Origin: Octopus vulgaris
Taxonomy: Eukaryota
Length of the DNA: 64,000 nt
Assembly: GCA_951406725.2 (NCBI GenBank)
Contig: OX597842.1
Span: 1,922,001 to 1,986,000, forward strand
Direction: 5' to 3'
This document shows positions 51,440 through 64,000 of this stretch, one piece after another (position 1 is the stretch's first letter; each line of letters begins with the position of its first letter). The notes below the pieces were generated by a model, which was not told where the DNA came from, made no database searches, and saw nothing but the letters and a program-made list of their open reading frames with translations. Made by a program: the position numbers and the translations under genes.

Positions 51440-52330
51440 GTTGAGTCAGTTTGCGGAGTGCTCATCCACTTGTACATTTATTTCACAACTGACAAAAATG
51501 CCCCATCCCTGTAACTCAAAGGGTCAGCCTTATCACATTGTGTGTTGTGCAGAATCTCACCGAGAACTTCTTTAAGTTTCTGTGTATGTGTTCATCATCA
51601 TTTAATGTCTGGTTTCCATACTGGCATGGGTTGGACGGTTTGAGTGTGGACTAGCAAGACAGGCGACTGCACAAGGCGGCTGCACCTGGCTCCAATCTGA
51701 TGTCTGTAGTGCTCAGCCACTTGCATATTAATTTCAGAAGCTGGCTGTTGCTGTGATTGGATCGACTTCAACTCTCAATTTTGTAACCAATGGAGTGCAC
51801 TGTGCCCTTGAGCAAGACTCTTCACTCCACATTGCTCTACTCCACTCAGTTGGCAAAAATTAGCTGTACTAGTAATTCAAAGGGGCCAGTCTTGTAACAC
51901 TCTGTCATGCTGAATCTCCTGAGAACTACATTAAGGGTATGCATGTCTGTGGAATACTCAACCACTTGCATGTTAATTTTACGAGCAGGCTGTTCTGTTG
52001 ATCGGATCACCTGGAGCCCTCATTAGTGGAAGCAGGTGACTCAGTCACCAGGGTGTCACACTTAGGATCATAAGATTATAGTTTCAATTCCTCAACCAGG
52101 GGATGCATTGTGGCCTTGAGCAAGACACTTTACTTCACATTGCTCCAGTCCACTAAGCTTTCAACAATGACTTGTACCTGTCATTCAAGAGGGCCAGCCT
52201 TGTCACATTCTGTGTCAGGCTGAACCTCCATGAGAACAATGCTAAGAGTATGGCTTGTCTGTGGAGTACTCAGTTCCATTGATCAAATCAACTGGAACCC
52301 GCATCATCGTAATCAATGGAGTGCCACCGT
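51440..52330 (+). mobile_element. About three degenerate tandem SINE copies (family D)
   Basis: Recurrent cttgagcaagac..caaagggccagccttgtcaca..gagaact..tgtctgtggagtactcag blocks. Confidence 0.6.
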
Positions 52331-52384
52331 TTCAGTGTCTGTCTGAAAGCATGGAAGGAAGCCACTTTTGTTGGTTCTCTACTC

Positions 52385-52790
52385 TTTTGCTCTTTACTCT
52401 TTTACTTGTTTCAGTCATTTGACTGCGGCCATGCTGGAGCACCGCCTTTAATCAAGCAACTCGACCCCGGGACTTATTCTTTGTAAGCCCAGTACTTATT
52501 CTATCGTTCTCTTTTGCCGAACCGCTAGGTGATGGGGACGTAAACACACCAGCATCGGTTGTCAAGCAATGCTAGTGGGACAAACACAGACACACAAACA
52601 TACACGCATATACACATATATATATACATATATACGACGGGCTTCTTTCAGTTTCCGTCTACCAAATCCACTCACAAGGCATTGGTCGGCCCAGGGCTAT
52701 AGCAGAAGACACTTGCCCAAGGTGCTACGCAGTGGGACTGAACCCGGAACCATGTGGTTGATTAGCAAGCTACTTACCACACAGCCACTC
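52385..52790 (-). mobile_element. SINE family A
   Basis: Family head and tail. Confidence 0.9.
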
Positions 52791-53079
52791 TTATAATTTC
52801 AAAAGTATTATAGCAACTGTCTCTCAAAGAACATTGCGCTATTCTTGAATTTTTCAACAGTCTTCACTTCGAATATTCCGAGACAATATTAGTTAATTAC
52901 TGTAATTCCAATATGGAACAATTCCACACAGAAAATATTCATTGAGTCTTGACTTGGAAATGGAAAATTGAAAAATATCAAAACAACTAATTCAGAGAAT
53001 TTTGTCAAAGGAATTGAAATAAATAAACAATTCTTTCTCTTTCTCTTGTTCCTTCACACTCACTCTCTCTCTCATTCTT

Positions 53080-53640
53080 TCATCTCTCTATCTATTTGTC
53101 TATCTATTTGTCTGTCTTTCTATCTGTCTGACCATCTATCTATCTATCTATATGTCTGTCTATCTATCTATCTATATCTATCTGTCTATCTATCTATCTA
53201 TCGATTTATCTATCTATTTGTCTATCTATTTGTCTGTCTTTCTATCTTCTCTATCTATCCATCTATCTATCTATCCATCTATCTATCTATCTATCCGTCT
53301 ATCTCTCTATCTATCTATCTATCGATTTATCTATCTATTTGTCTATCTATTTGTCTGTCTTTCTATCTTCTCTATCTATCCATCTATCTATCTATCCATC
53401 TATCTATCTATCTATCCGTCTATCTCTCTATCTATCTATCCATCCATCTATCTATCTGTCGATCTATCTAACTGTCTATCCATCCATCCGTCTGTCTGTC
53501 CGTCCATCCATCCATCCATCCATCCATCTATCTATCTATCTATCTGTCCATCTATTTATCTATCTATCTATCTATCTGTCCATCTATTTATCTATCTACC
53601 TATCTATACATCTTACCTGTCTATCCATCCATCCATGTCT
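53080..53640. repeat. (TATC/TCCA/TCTG)n microsatellite with ~121-bp duplication
   Basis: Direct inspection. Confidence 0.95.
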
Positions 53641-53821
53641 TTTCTTCTTTGTCAATCTTCTTTCATTCTTTCAGCCTCAATATGTCTGTATAGCTCCTCT
53701 TTTTTTCTGCCTTCTCACTCTATCTATCTAGCTAGCTATTTGTCTGTCTGTCTTTCTTTCTTCTCTCCCTATGCACTTTACTGTCTACATCTCCTTCACT
53801 CACACCCTCTCTCTATATATT

Positions 53822-53857
<36 letters not shown>

Positions 53858-53862
<5 letters not shown>

Positions 53863-54580
53863 GTTTTTCCGTGTTTGTCAATTCGTGAATTTCACGTCCT
53901 TTATATATAAGTTTTATTCTATATTATCGCAGCGTACGTGCACCAATCCATTTATGTTTGTCATATCTCCACTATTGCACGATGTCTTCAACTTTACATT
54001 TCCCCTTTATCATCCGCCATTGCTTCTTCCTCAAGGTATTTTGGTGCCTCTTTACCAAGTTATTTTGGCGCCCTCTTTAATTCTTTCTTTCTCTCTCTCT
54101 CTTGGTCATTTCTCGGCCCTCCTCAATCCCCCCTCTCTCTTTCTCTCTCACCTTCTTGCAACCTGCTGCTGCTAAGCCATTCCACTGCTGACAGCCACCT
54201 GTACAACACATGTCTCCTCTACCAAAAAGGTAACCGCTTCCCACGCTTGCTGATCAATTGTTTTGTCTCATTTTGTCTCAATGTCATAAGACGCCCCCGT
54301 ACCATTCCTGTTTTTATTCGTTACTGTTTCCAAGTTTATCTTCGTCTCTTGTTTTCCTATTCGTCTCGGTTGTCACATTCTTTCCTTCTACCAAGCAAAT
54401 CTAATGCCCATAGCTTAGCTTTTCCTTGGGGCTGGCCTTTTCGGAGCAAATCTCAGAATTAAACAGCCGAAATTTGCCATGATGAATCGGTTTCTGACTG
54501 AAGAATGAAGGCTCTGAATTACTGTCCGTTTTTCCGTGTTTGTCAATTCGTGAATTTCACGTTCTTTATATATAAGTTTT

Positions 54581-54588
<8 letters not shown>
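53858..54588 (+). mobile_element. Non-coding element with ~65-bp direct terminal repeats (665-bp unit) inserted in (TA)n
   Basis: tgtccgtttttccgtgtttgtcaattcgtgaatttcacg..ttattctata at 53858 and 54523; strand assignment is tentative. Confidence 0.8.
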
Positions 54589-54633
<45 letters not shown>

Positions 54634-55066
54634 TCTATCCACTAATGTGGTGTTGAGCACTCATATTCATCGTTTGATATTTACATATATCATCATCATC
54701 GTTTAACATCCGCTTTCTATGCTAGCATGGGTTAGACGATTTAACTGAGGTCTGACGAACCAGATGGCTGCACCAGGTTCCAATCTTGATTTGGCAGAGT
54801 TTCTACAGCTGGATGCCCTTCCTAACACCAACCACTCCGAGAGTGTAGTGGGTGCCTTTTACGTGCTGCCGGCACAGGGGCCAGTCAGGCGGTACTGGCA
54901 ATGACCTCGCTCGAATCCTTTTACACATGCCACCAGCACAGGTGCCAGTAAGGCGACTTTGGTAACGATCGCGCTCGAATGGTGCCCTTTTACGTGCCAC
55001 TGGCATGGAAGCCAGTTGGCTGTTCTGGCAACGATCAATATATATATGCGCACGCGCGCATGTGTA

Positions 55067-55124
<58 letters not shown>

Positions 55125-56435
55125 CATGCCACTATCCCTTTCTTTTTGCTTCTCTCTCTTGCTATCTCTGTCTCCCTATGTTTCTATTTTTTTGTGTGTG
55201 TGTTCTCCCTCCCCCCTCGCTTTTGATTTTGCTTTGTCTCTCCCTTCTCACTTTTCCCCCAGCATTCTCTCTCTCTCTTTCTATCTATCTATCTATCTAC
55301 CTCTACCACTCTCTCTCTCTCTATCTATCTACTCCCACTACTCTCTCTCTCTCACTTACTCTCAATAGTTTTCGCTGTTTTGGATACTTTATATTCTCAT
55401 CTTTATTAATTCTTCATTACAATTATTATTAGCATTAGGAACCATTAGCATGCCAGGTGAAATACTCAACAGCATTTCATCTATTTTTACATTCTGAGTT
55501 CAAATTCTGCCGAGGTCAACTTTGTCTTTCATCCTTTCAGTATCAATAAATTAAGTACCAATCAAGTACTGGTTCGATGTAATCTACAAGCTCCTTCCCT
55601 GCAAAATTCAGGCCTTGAGCCTATAGTAAAAAGGATTATTATTATTATAATTATTATTATTATTATTATCATTATTATTGTGGTGGGGATGTATGGCCTA
55701 GTGGTTAAGGTATTGTACTCACAATTTAGCAATCAGGATTTCAATTCCTAGACTAGGTATTGCGCTGTGTTCTTTGCTTCAACACAGCAAATGTCTTCTC
55801 CAACACAGCAAATTTCCAAGATCTCCATCACTTGTCATTGCCTCCGTGTGACTCAACATCCAAAGATAACGCTTCACTACCTCATCCCATGTCTGCCTCT
55901 TCCACAGGTTCCCTCCACATTCAGAGAACATAATATATTTCTTTATTGCCTACAAGGGGCTAAACATAGAGGGGACAAACAAGGACAGACAAAGGGATTA
56001 AGTCGATTAGATCGACCCCAGTGCGTAACTGGTACTTTATTTATCGACCCCAAAAGGATGAAAAGCAAAGTCAACCTCGGCGGAATTTGAACTCGGAACG
56101 TAACGACAGACGAAATACGGCTGCGCATTTCGCCCGGCGTGCTAACGTTTCTACCAGCACAAAAATGAAAGATGGCATCGGAGGGGTTATGCATACCCTG
56201 TGTGCAGATCAATTTTTTCGCAAGTTATAGTGTAGCTTACCAATGCTTTTTAACTGAACTGAATTAAGCTTTGTAAGTGTTTGACTAAAAGAGGATTAGA
56301 AACCTAAAAATGATGAAATTAAGAAATCAACTCGTAAATAAACAAAACCCTCGAATCTATCACTGTACGCATGCATACACATGTACGTACATACATACAA
56401 ACACACATTCTCATATCTATGTATTTACTTATACA

Positions 56436-56700
56436 TTAAAAAGGGACTCCCAGAGAACCCAAAATACTTGAAAACACATGCCACTCTCTCTGGGAGTCCC
56501 TTTTTAAAGTAGAAGAAATAGCTAAGGTTTTGGCTGCTATTTCTAAACTTCGGTATGTGGTAAAGCAAATCTTTGCTGAACCCTAATTATTAAGTATTAC
56601 TTAAGTTTACCGTGAAATGGTCCTTTTTTCATGCCGAATTCTACTTGGTGAAATTATTGATTACTTCTTAATTAATTAATTTTACCCTTTGTTATTATTT
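56436..56700 (+). mobile_element. PLE-type short 3'-end element with a 21-bp fold-back at its 5' junction
   Basis: ttaaaaagggactcccagaga/tctctgggagtccctttttaa; body is the reverse complement of 8770-8940. Confidence 0.7.
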
Positions 56701-57245
56701 ACTTATACATATAATTGAAATTAATTAATAAATAGATCTAAATGAATGTCTACAGGCTGATGTTTGTCGATTGATTATCCTCTCCATTTTCTTATTTGCC
56801 TTATAAATTCTGGGTAAATTCTTGGTTTACCCCCACTCACACGAAGTATTCAATTGCGATATTGCCCTGCAACCATAAGCACTTGGATATAAATACATTG
56901 GCTTTGACTGGCTTCTGCACAAGTGGCATGTAAAAAGCACCATCCAATCGTGGTCGATGCCAGCTTCTCTGACCCGTGCCAGTGGCACATAAAAGCACAC
57001 ACTACACTCTCGGAGTGGTTGGCATTAGGTAAGGCATCCAGATGTAGAAACTCTGCCAGATCAGATTGAGGCCTGGTGCAGCCTCCTGGCTTCCCAGACC
57101 CCAGTCGAACCATCCAATCTATGCCAGTATGGAAAACAGACCTTAAACAATGATGATGATGATGATGATAATGATGGTCACATTCAGTAATATATTGGAT
57201 ATTTATTATTCCTTAGATGGTCATTAACCTGTAACTCATACAGAC

Positions 57246-57605
57246 ATCATCATCATCATCATCATTTAGCGTCCGCTTTCCATGCTGGCATGGGTTGGAC
57301 GGTGCAACTGGGGTCTGGGAAGCCTGAAGGCTGCACCAGGCCCAGTCTGATCTGGCAATGTTTCTACGGTTGGATGCCCTTCCTAACGCCAACCACTCCA
57401 TGAGTGTAGTGGGTGCTTTTTATGTGCCACCGGCACAGGTGCCAGATGAGGCTGGCAAACGGCCACGATCGGATGGTGCTTTTTGCATACCACCGGCACG
57501 GAGGCCAGGCGAGGCTGGCAATGGCTACGATCGGATGGTGCTTTTTACGTGCCACCGGCACGGAAGCCAGTCGAGGCGGCGCTGGCAACGGCCACGTTCG
57601 GATGA
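57246..57605 (-). mobile_element. (GAT)n-tailed element with diverged minisatellite units
   Basis: Family motifs; an opposite-orientation copy lies adjacent at 56900-57175. Confidence 0.8.
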
Positions 57606-58130
57606 TTGTATAATATCTATGTATTTATTTATATTTGAAGATAATCAAACCAAATTTTCATCATTTTGAGCCACTCACCCACTGAGTATTTCTGCCAAAT
57701 TTGGTGAAAATCCATTCAGCTGTTTTCTAGTAATTTTGCAAACACACAGACAGACAAAGACAAGTGATTACAATACCTTACTTTCACTTATGCACACAGG
57801 GTAATAATGATAATAACAGTTTCAAATTTTGGTAGAAGGACAGTCATTTTAGGAAAGGAGATAAGATGATTACATCGATCCCCCAGTGTTCAACTGGTAC
57901 CTAGCTTATCAACAGTGAGCGGATGAAAGGCAAAGTCAATCTCGGTGGAATCTGAGATCAGAAAATAGAGAGAGACAGAAAGCCATTCAGCATTTTGCCT
58001 GGCATGCTAACAATTCTGCCAACTTGCCACTTCATCAATGATATTCCTTCATACTATAGGCACAGGGCCTGACAATTTGCTGAAGGGGGCTAGGCAATTA
58101 CATCGACCCCAATGTCCAGCTGGTACTTGT

Positions 58131-58525
58131 TTAACCCTTTCGTTACTGTATTTATTTTCAGATGCTCTATATTTCTTTCAATTAATTTTAAATATAACAA
58201 AGAATTTAGTAAAATAACTTAGTTATCATTAAGCTAGTGTTAGGAACATAAATTGTGACTAAGGTTTGGTGGAAGATTTTAATTCAGAACTTATGAAAAC
58301 AAGATATTTGTACTACAGAGCCAGAGCTGGTTTCAGCCAGGTTGGTATCAAAAGGGTTAAATATAATAAAGAATTTAGTAAAATAACCTAGTTGTCATTA
58401 AGCTGGTGTTAGAAACATAAATTGTGACTAAGGTTTGGTGGAAGATTTTAATTCAGAACTTATGAAAACAGGACATTTGTACTACAGAGCCAGAGCTGGT
58501 TTCAGCCGGATTGGTAACGAAAGGG
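58131..58525. mobile_element. piggyBac-type MITE with a tandem partial duplication, nested in a SINE
   Basis: TTAA-ccctttcgttac ... gtatcaaaaggg-TTAA (58131-58360); ~169-bp duplicate ending gtaacgaaaggg. Confidence 0.7.
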
Positions 58526-58864
58526 TCCATCAATGTAAGAAGATAAATGACGAAGTCGACCAGAGTTTGAGCTTAGAAATCTGAAGACAGATGGAATGCT
58601 GGTAAGCATTTTGTCCAGCGTGTCGGCAATTCTCCCAGCTCATTGCTATAATAACAAATAATGATGTTGATGATGATGATGCTGCTGCTGCTGATAATAA
58701 TAATAATAATGAAATTACCTACATTCTACAAGTGCAACAGATAATGGGAAGATTTACAAAAACACTGTATAATAAAAATAATAAATATTCCTAGTTATTC
58801 AGTGCATCTCTATGCAAGTTTGTGTATGTACATAAATCCATGTGTCTGTATGTGTATGTGTGCA

Positions 58865-58897
<33 letters not shown>

Positions 58898-59079
58898 CGC
58901 GCAATATGTACATACATAATGGCAATAAGACAGATAGATAAATAGGTTTAAGTATGTATGTGAGTGTATGCATATAATTGCTTGTGTGTGTGTGTGTATA
59001 CGTATATATATATATATATATACTTAAATCTGCACATATACCCACTCACATATATTTATATAAACATACATACACATAC

Positions 59080-59212
59080 TCAGATAGATAGATAGATAGA
59101 TAGACAGATACACAGACAGATAGCTAGATAGATGAATAGATAGATAAACTAACAGACAGACAGACAGATATATAGATAGAGAAATAGATAGATTGATAGG
59201 TAGGTAGGTAGG

Positions 59213-59292
<80 letters not shown>

Positions 59293-59317
59293 GATAGATA
59301 GATTGATGATGGATATG

Positions 59318-59382
<65 letters not shown>

Positions 59383-59392
59383 TGATGAATAG

Positions 59393-59423
<31 letters not shown>

Positions 59424-59576
59424 GATTGATGATAGATATATAGATAGATAGATGAATAGATAGATAGATAGATAGATAGATAGATTGATGATAGATATAT
59501 AGATAGATAGATGAATAGATAGATAGATAGATAGATGATAGATAGATAAATAGATAGATAGATTGATGATAGATAT

Positions 59577-59634
<58 letters not shown>

Positions 59635-59800
59635 TGATGATAGATATATAGATAGATAGATAGAAAGATAGATAGACCAACAGACAGTCAGATAGATAGG
59701 CAGACAGAGACAAACAGACAGACAGATAGATAAACAGAGATGAATATATAGATGGATACAGACAGACAGATAGACAGATAGATAGAGATAGAGAGATAAG
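59080..59800. repeat. (GATA)n microsatellite
   Basis: Direct inspection. Confidence 0.95.
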
Positions 59801-59817
59801 CTTAAGTATACACGTGA

Positions 59818-59875
<58 letters not shown>

Positions 59876-61874
59876 TAAATATATTTGTACATACAACATA
59901 TATGTATATATCTTAAATATATATGCATCCAACATATATATATATAGTTACATATCTATAAGCAATTGTATAAACCCATGTGTGTGTGTGTCTGTGTGTG
60001 TAAACAGAGGGAAAAATGCGTGTTGAAATAATTATAGAAATGATATCTAAATAAATATTTGGTTCTGTTGAAAGTCTTGGAGAAAGTGTCATATGATTTC
60101 TTCAGAGATGGGTTTGTAGGCTTCCATCAGAATGCAATGTTTACATAAATAACACTCAAACAATATGAATATATATATATATATATGTGTGTGTATATAT
60201 ATATATATATATATGTGTATATATATATATATATATATGTGTATGTATATATATATATATATACATATACACACATGTAGATATAGATATGCACACACAC
60301 ACAAATGCACACACACACATATACACACCATATGTGTGTGCATATATATATACAAATATATACATATATGCTTACACATGCACATATATGTGTACGTGGA
60401 TGAATATACATATATATATTTACATACATACATTCATTTTTTAATACAGATACATAGAGATATAAAATATACATACACACATATATATTCATATATACAT
60501 ACATACACACACACATATATATATATATATATACAAACATACACACATAATATATATACATATATAAAAACACATCCAAAACATACAAATACATGCATAT
60601 ATACATTCATATACTGGTATATATATATATATATATATATACATAATAGGCATATACATATATGTACACAAATATATATCATGATGGCTATGACAATTCA
60701 CTACTTTGTTTGTGTGTATGTGTATATATATGTTTGTGTGTGTGTGTGTGTGTGTTTTTACAGGAGAGTAGAGAAGATTGACACTGCTTGCACGCTGGTG
60801 ACATTCAAAACCGTCAAACAATGTCAAGACAAGGAGTGGGGAAATCCCTGAAGGAAGGTGCACAGTGGAATATTGTGGGTTGCACACGCAGCTGCACATA
60901 CTCTGTGTGGCAGGATCACATCATCATCATCATCACTGTCATCATCATTTGTCGCCATCTTCATTTAATGTCCATTTTCCATTCCGGCATGGGTTGGATG
61001 GTTTGGCCACAGCTGGTTAGGTCTGGGACCACACCAGGCTCCATTTTCTGTTCTGGCATGGGTTTCTATGGCTGGATGCCCTTTCCATTGAGTATACAGG
61101 GTGCTTTTAACATGGCACCAGCACCAGTGCTTTTTATGTGGAACCAGCACAATTGCTTTTTATGCAGCTTCAGCACCAATGGATTTTATGTTGCACCAGC
61201 ACCAGTGCTTTTTATGTGGCACCAGCACCAGTGCTTTTTATGACACCAGCACCAGTGCATTTTATGTGGTACCAGCACAATTGCTTTTCCATTGGCACCA
61301 GCACTGGCATCACTTCTGCTGTAGTGGATGGGTCTTCTTGAGTACAAGATGCCAGATATTTTTGTCCTTAATCATCTGAATTCATGAGGCTCAGTGTCTT
61401 GTAATTCACCATCAATACTTCATCCCATTTCTTCCAGGGTCTCCTTCTTCCACAAGTTCCATCTACTGTAAGTGACTGGCACTTCTCTATGCAATTGTCT
61501 ACATCCATATGCATCACATTACCAAATCAACACAGTCTTCTCTTTTGCACACTGCATCTAATTCCAAGATGCCATCATTTTAACGAGATAATTATGCAGT
61601 ATAATTAACTGTTAGATTAAAAGAAAAGTTTGAAGATGTCTCAGTTTCCATATTCTTTGAAATTGTTTTAGATTTACACTCCCAAAAGTATTCATAATCC
61701 AGTGAAACAAACCCAGATTAACCAATCTGAGGGATTACAGTGGAATTGCTCATCCAAAGCGATCCTCGATGCCTCTTACCACCCAATGTGGTTAGCTTGA
61801 GTCTGGACTATACCTGAGAGCTCTTATGGTACCCCACTGGATAATTTATCCCTAGGTATAAAATATATTCTTTA

Positions 61875-62110
61875 ATTCTTTTACTTGTTTCAGTCATTTG
61901 ACTGCAGCCATGCTAGAGCAGAGCTTTAAAGGGTGTTAGTCGAAAAAATCGACCCCAGGACTAATTCTTTGTAAGCCTAATACTCATTCTATCGGTCTCT
62001 TTTGCTGAACTGCTAAATTACCAGGACATAAACACATCAGCATCAGTTGTCAAGCGATGGCAGGGGGAGGAGAGGGGCAATCAGAAACACACACAAATAC
62101 ATACATACAT

Positions 62111-62192
<82 letters not shown>

Positions 62193-62895
62193 AAGTATCA
62201 ATTAGAGACAGAAATCTCCAAAAATTCATTAAATCAGAATATAAATTCAACCATGTCATAGAATATTATATTTAATACTTACTATTCATGTTCAAAGTTT
62301 TCAACTACACATGTTTCATGAGGTTGTATACTATGTTCTTAAGCTACCCAGTCTCTTGCAGAACCTCCCCTTATACACAACCCCAAACGTCAGGTCCACC
62401 TATCCCCCATTAATAACTCCATCTATCATTATATATTCCAACTTAAAATTATGGTTTAAACAGCAAGGTTCAATGAATTTATTTACACATCTATATGTTT
62501 TTGACATAGTAGGAATTTACTTTAGTTTGATATACTTTTAAGTTGGAATATATAATGATAGATGGAGTTATGAACAGGGGATAGGTGGACCTGAAGATTG
62601 GAGTTGTATATAAGGGGAGGTTCTGCAAGAGACTGGGTATCTTAAGGACATAGTATACAACCTCATTAAACATGCGTAGCTGAAAACTTTGAACACTAAT
62701 AGTAAGTATTAGATATAATATTCTATGACATGGTTGAATTTATATTCTGATATAATGAATTTTATGGGGATTTATGTCTCTAATTGATACTTTGATATAT
62801 GTATTTATCTATTGAGAATAATTCAACTTAATATTCTTAACTTGAATATCTTATCCCTGTGACACCGGAATTGATATTCCTTTAATATTATAAAA

Positions 62896-62936
<41 letters not shown>

Positions 62937-63095
62937 CAATTGGCTTCTTTCAGTTTCTGTCTACCAAATCCACTCACAATGCTTTGGTCAGCCTACAACT
63001 ATAATAGAAGACACTTGCCCAAGGTGCCTTGCAGTGGAACTAATCCTGGAACTGTGTGGCTGAGAAGCAAGCTTCTTACCACAAAGCCATGCCTG
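61875..63095 (-). mobile_element. SINE family A split by a fold-back insertion into its internal (TA)n
   Basis: 3' part at 61875-62100, 5' part at 62935-63095. Confidence 0.7.
62186..62800. repeat. ~263-bp-arm inverted repeat, 87-bp spacer, between (TA)n tracts
   Basis: 62186-62448 vs 62536-62800; arms noticeably diverged. Confidence 0.9.
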
Positions 63096-64000
63096 CACCT
63101 ACATGTGTGTATGTGTGTGTATATATATATATATGTACACACATACATACATATACACACACATATATATATTATTAATAGCTATCACAAGTTACAGAGA
63201 CTCAAAAGGCAAGAGTTTCACATATTAGCAATATGTACTTTCTGCCCAATAATTTTAACAATCCTTTCTACTACAGGCACAAGGCCTGAAATTTGGTGGG
63301 AGGGGGTAAGTTGATTACATTGACCCCAGTGTTTCACTGGTATTTAATTTATTGACCCCGAAAGGAGGAAAAGCAAAGTTGATCCTGAGAGCAGTTTGAC
63401 TCAGAATTTAAGGACAGAGGAAATGCCGATAAGTATTTTGAACTGCAAGCTAACAATTCCGCCAACTTGCTACTTTAATAATAATAATAATAAGCATTGG
63501 GTTCAATACCACCCAATCTGAAAAAAACATCTGAAAATCATAGAGAAACCCTACAATCTAGATATATAGCAAAAGTCATTGGAACTGCACACATATTGCT
63601 TAAAGTACTGTCAGTCTGAGATCCTTGTTGTGACTTGAAAAACAGCACAAACCCCCAGTACACACAATATCTTCAATCAACAACCTCACAATATTGTATA
63701 ATGTGTGATGTCTATAATAATAATAATAATAATAATAATAATGTGGCACGTAAAAGGTACTTGTGCCACTGCCATAGAAACAGCAGCCAGTAACCCTATA
63801 AAATGGTTGGTGTTAGGAAGTGCATCCAGCTGTAGAAACCAAGACAAACCAGACAGGAACCTGGTACAAATCTCCAGCTTACCAACCTTGGTCAAACCAT
63901 CCAACCAATGCTAGCATGGACAATGAACATTAAAGGATGATGATGACAATGATGGTGATGATAATAGTGGTGATGGTGACACCGATGACAACAGCAATGA

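Noticed and set aside
60764-60857. Possible + strand exon after ttttacag
   Set aside because: Stops in all three frames before a convincing donor; no recognisable product
61672-61790. Possible + strand exon (IYTPKSIHNP..YHPM)
   Set aside because: Open frame with an AG acceptor, but weak donor and no recognisable homology

Overview
Repeat-dominated eukaryotic DNA, intronic or intergenic. The tRNA-derived SINE families and the extreme (TA)n/(CA)n/(GATA)n/(GAT)n load look like a coleoid cephalopod, probably Octopus (recognition, not a database hit). Only one host exon is well supported: a minus-strand exon with a PGPGYY sperm-tail PG-rich (SHIPPO) repeat, STPG2-like, at 10016-10131. The main structure is a ~5.45 kb near-perfect palindrome (38134-43584) made of two head-to-head, 5'-truncated copies of a young Penelope-like retroelement (RT + GIY-YIG), inserted in a (TA)n tract. 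Each copy carries a variant hammerhead ribozyme (HHR) motif in its 3' region. The rest of the window holds about ten more type I HHR or HHR-like motifs in unrelated short non-coding elements. These elements sit next to (TA)n, and several form fold-back or partial-tandem structures, suggesting a family of Penelope-mobilised, ribozyme-bearing, (TA)n-associated elements. Nearly all other ORFs in the track are microsatellite or SINE artefacts. All folds were paired by eye and none is shown to be active.
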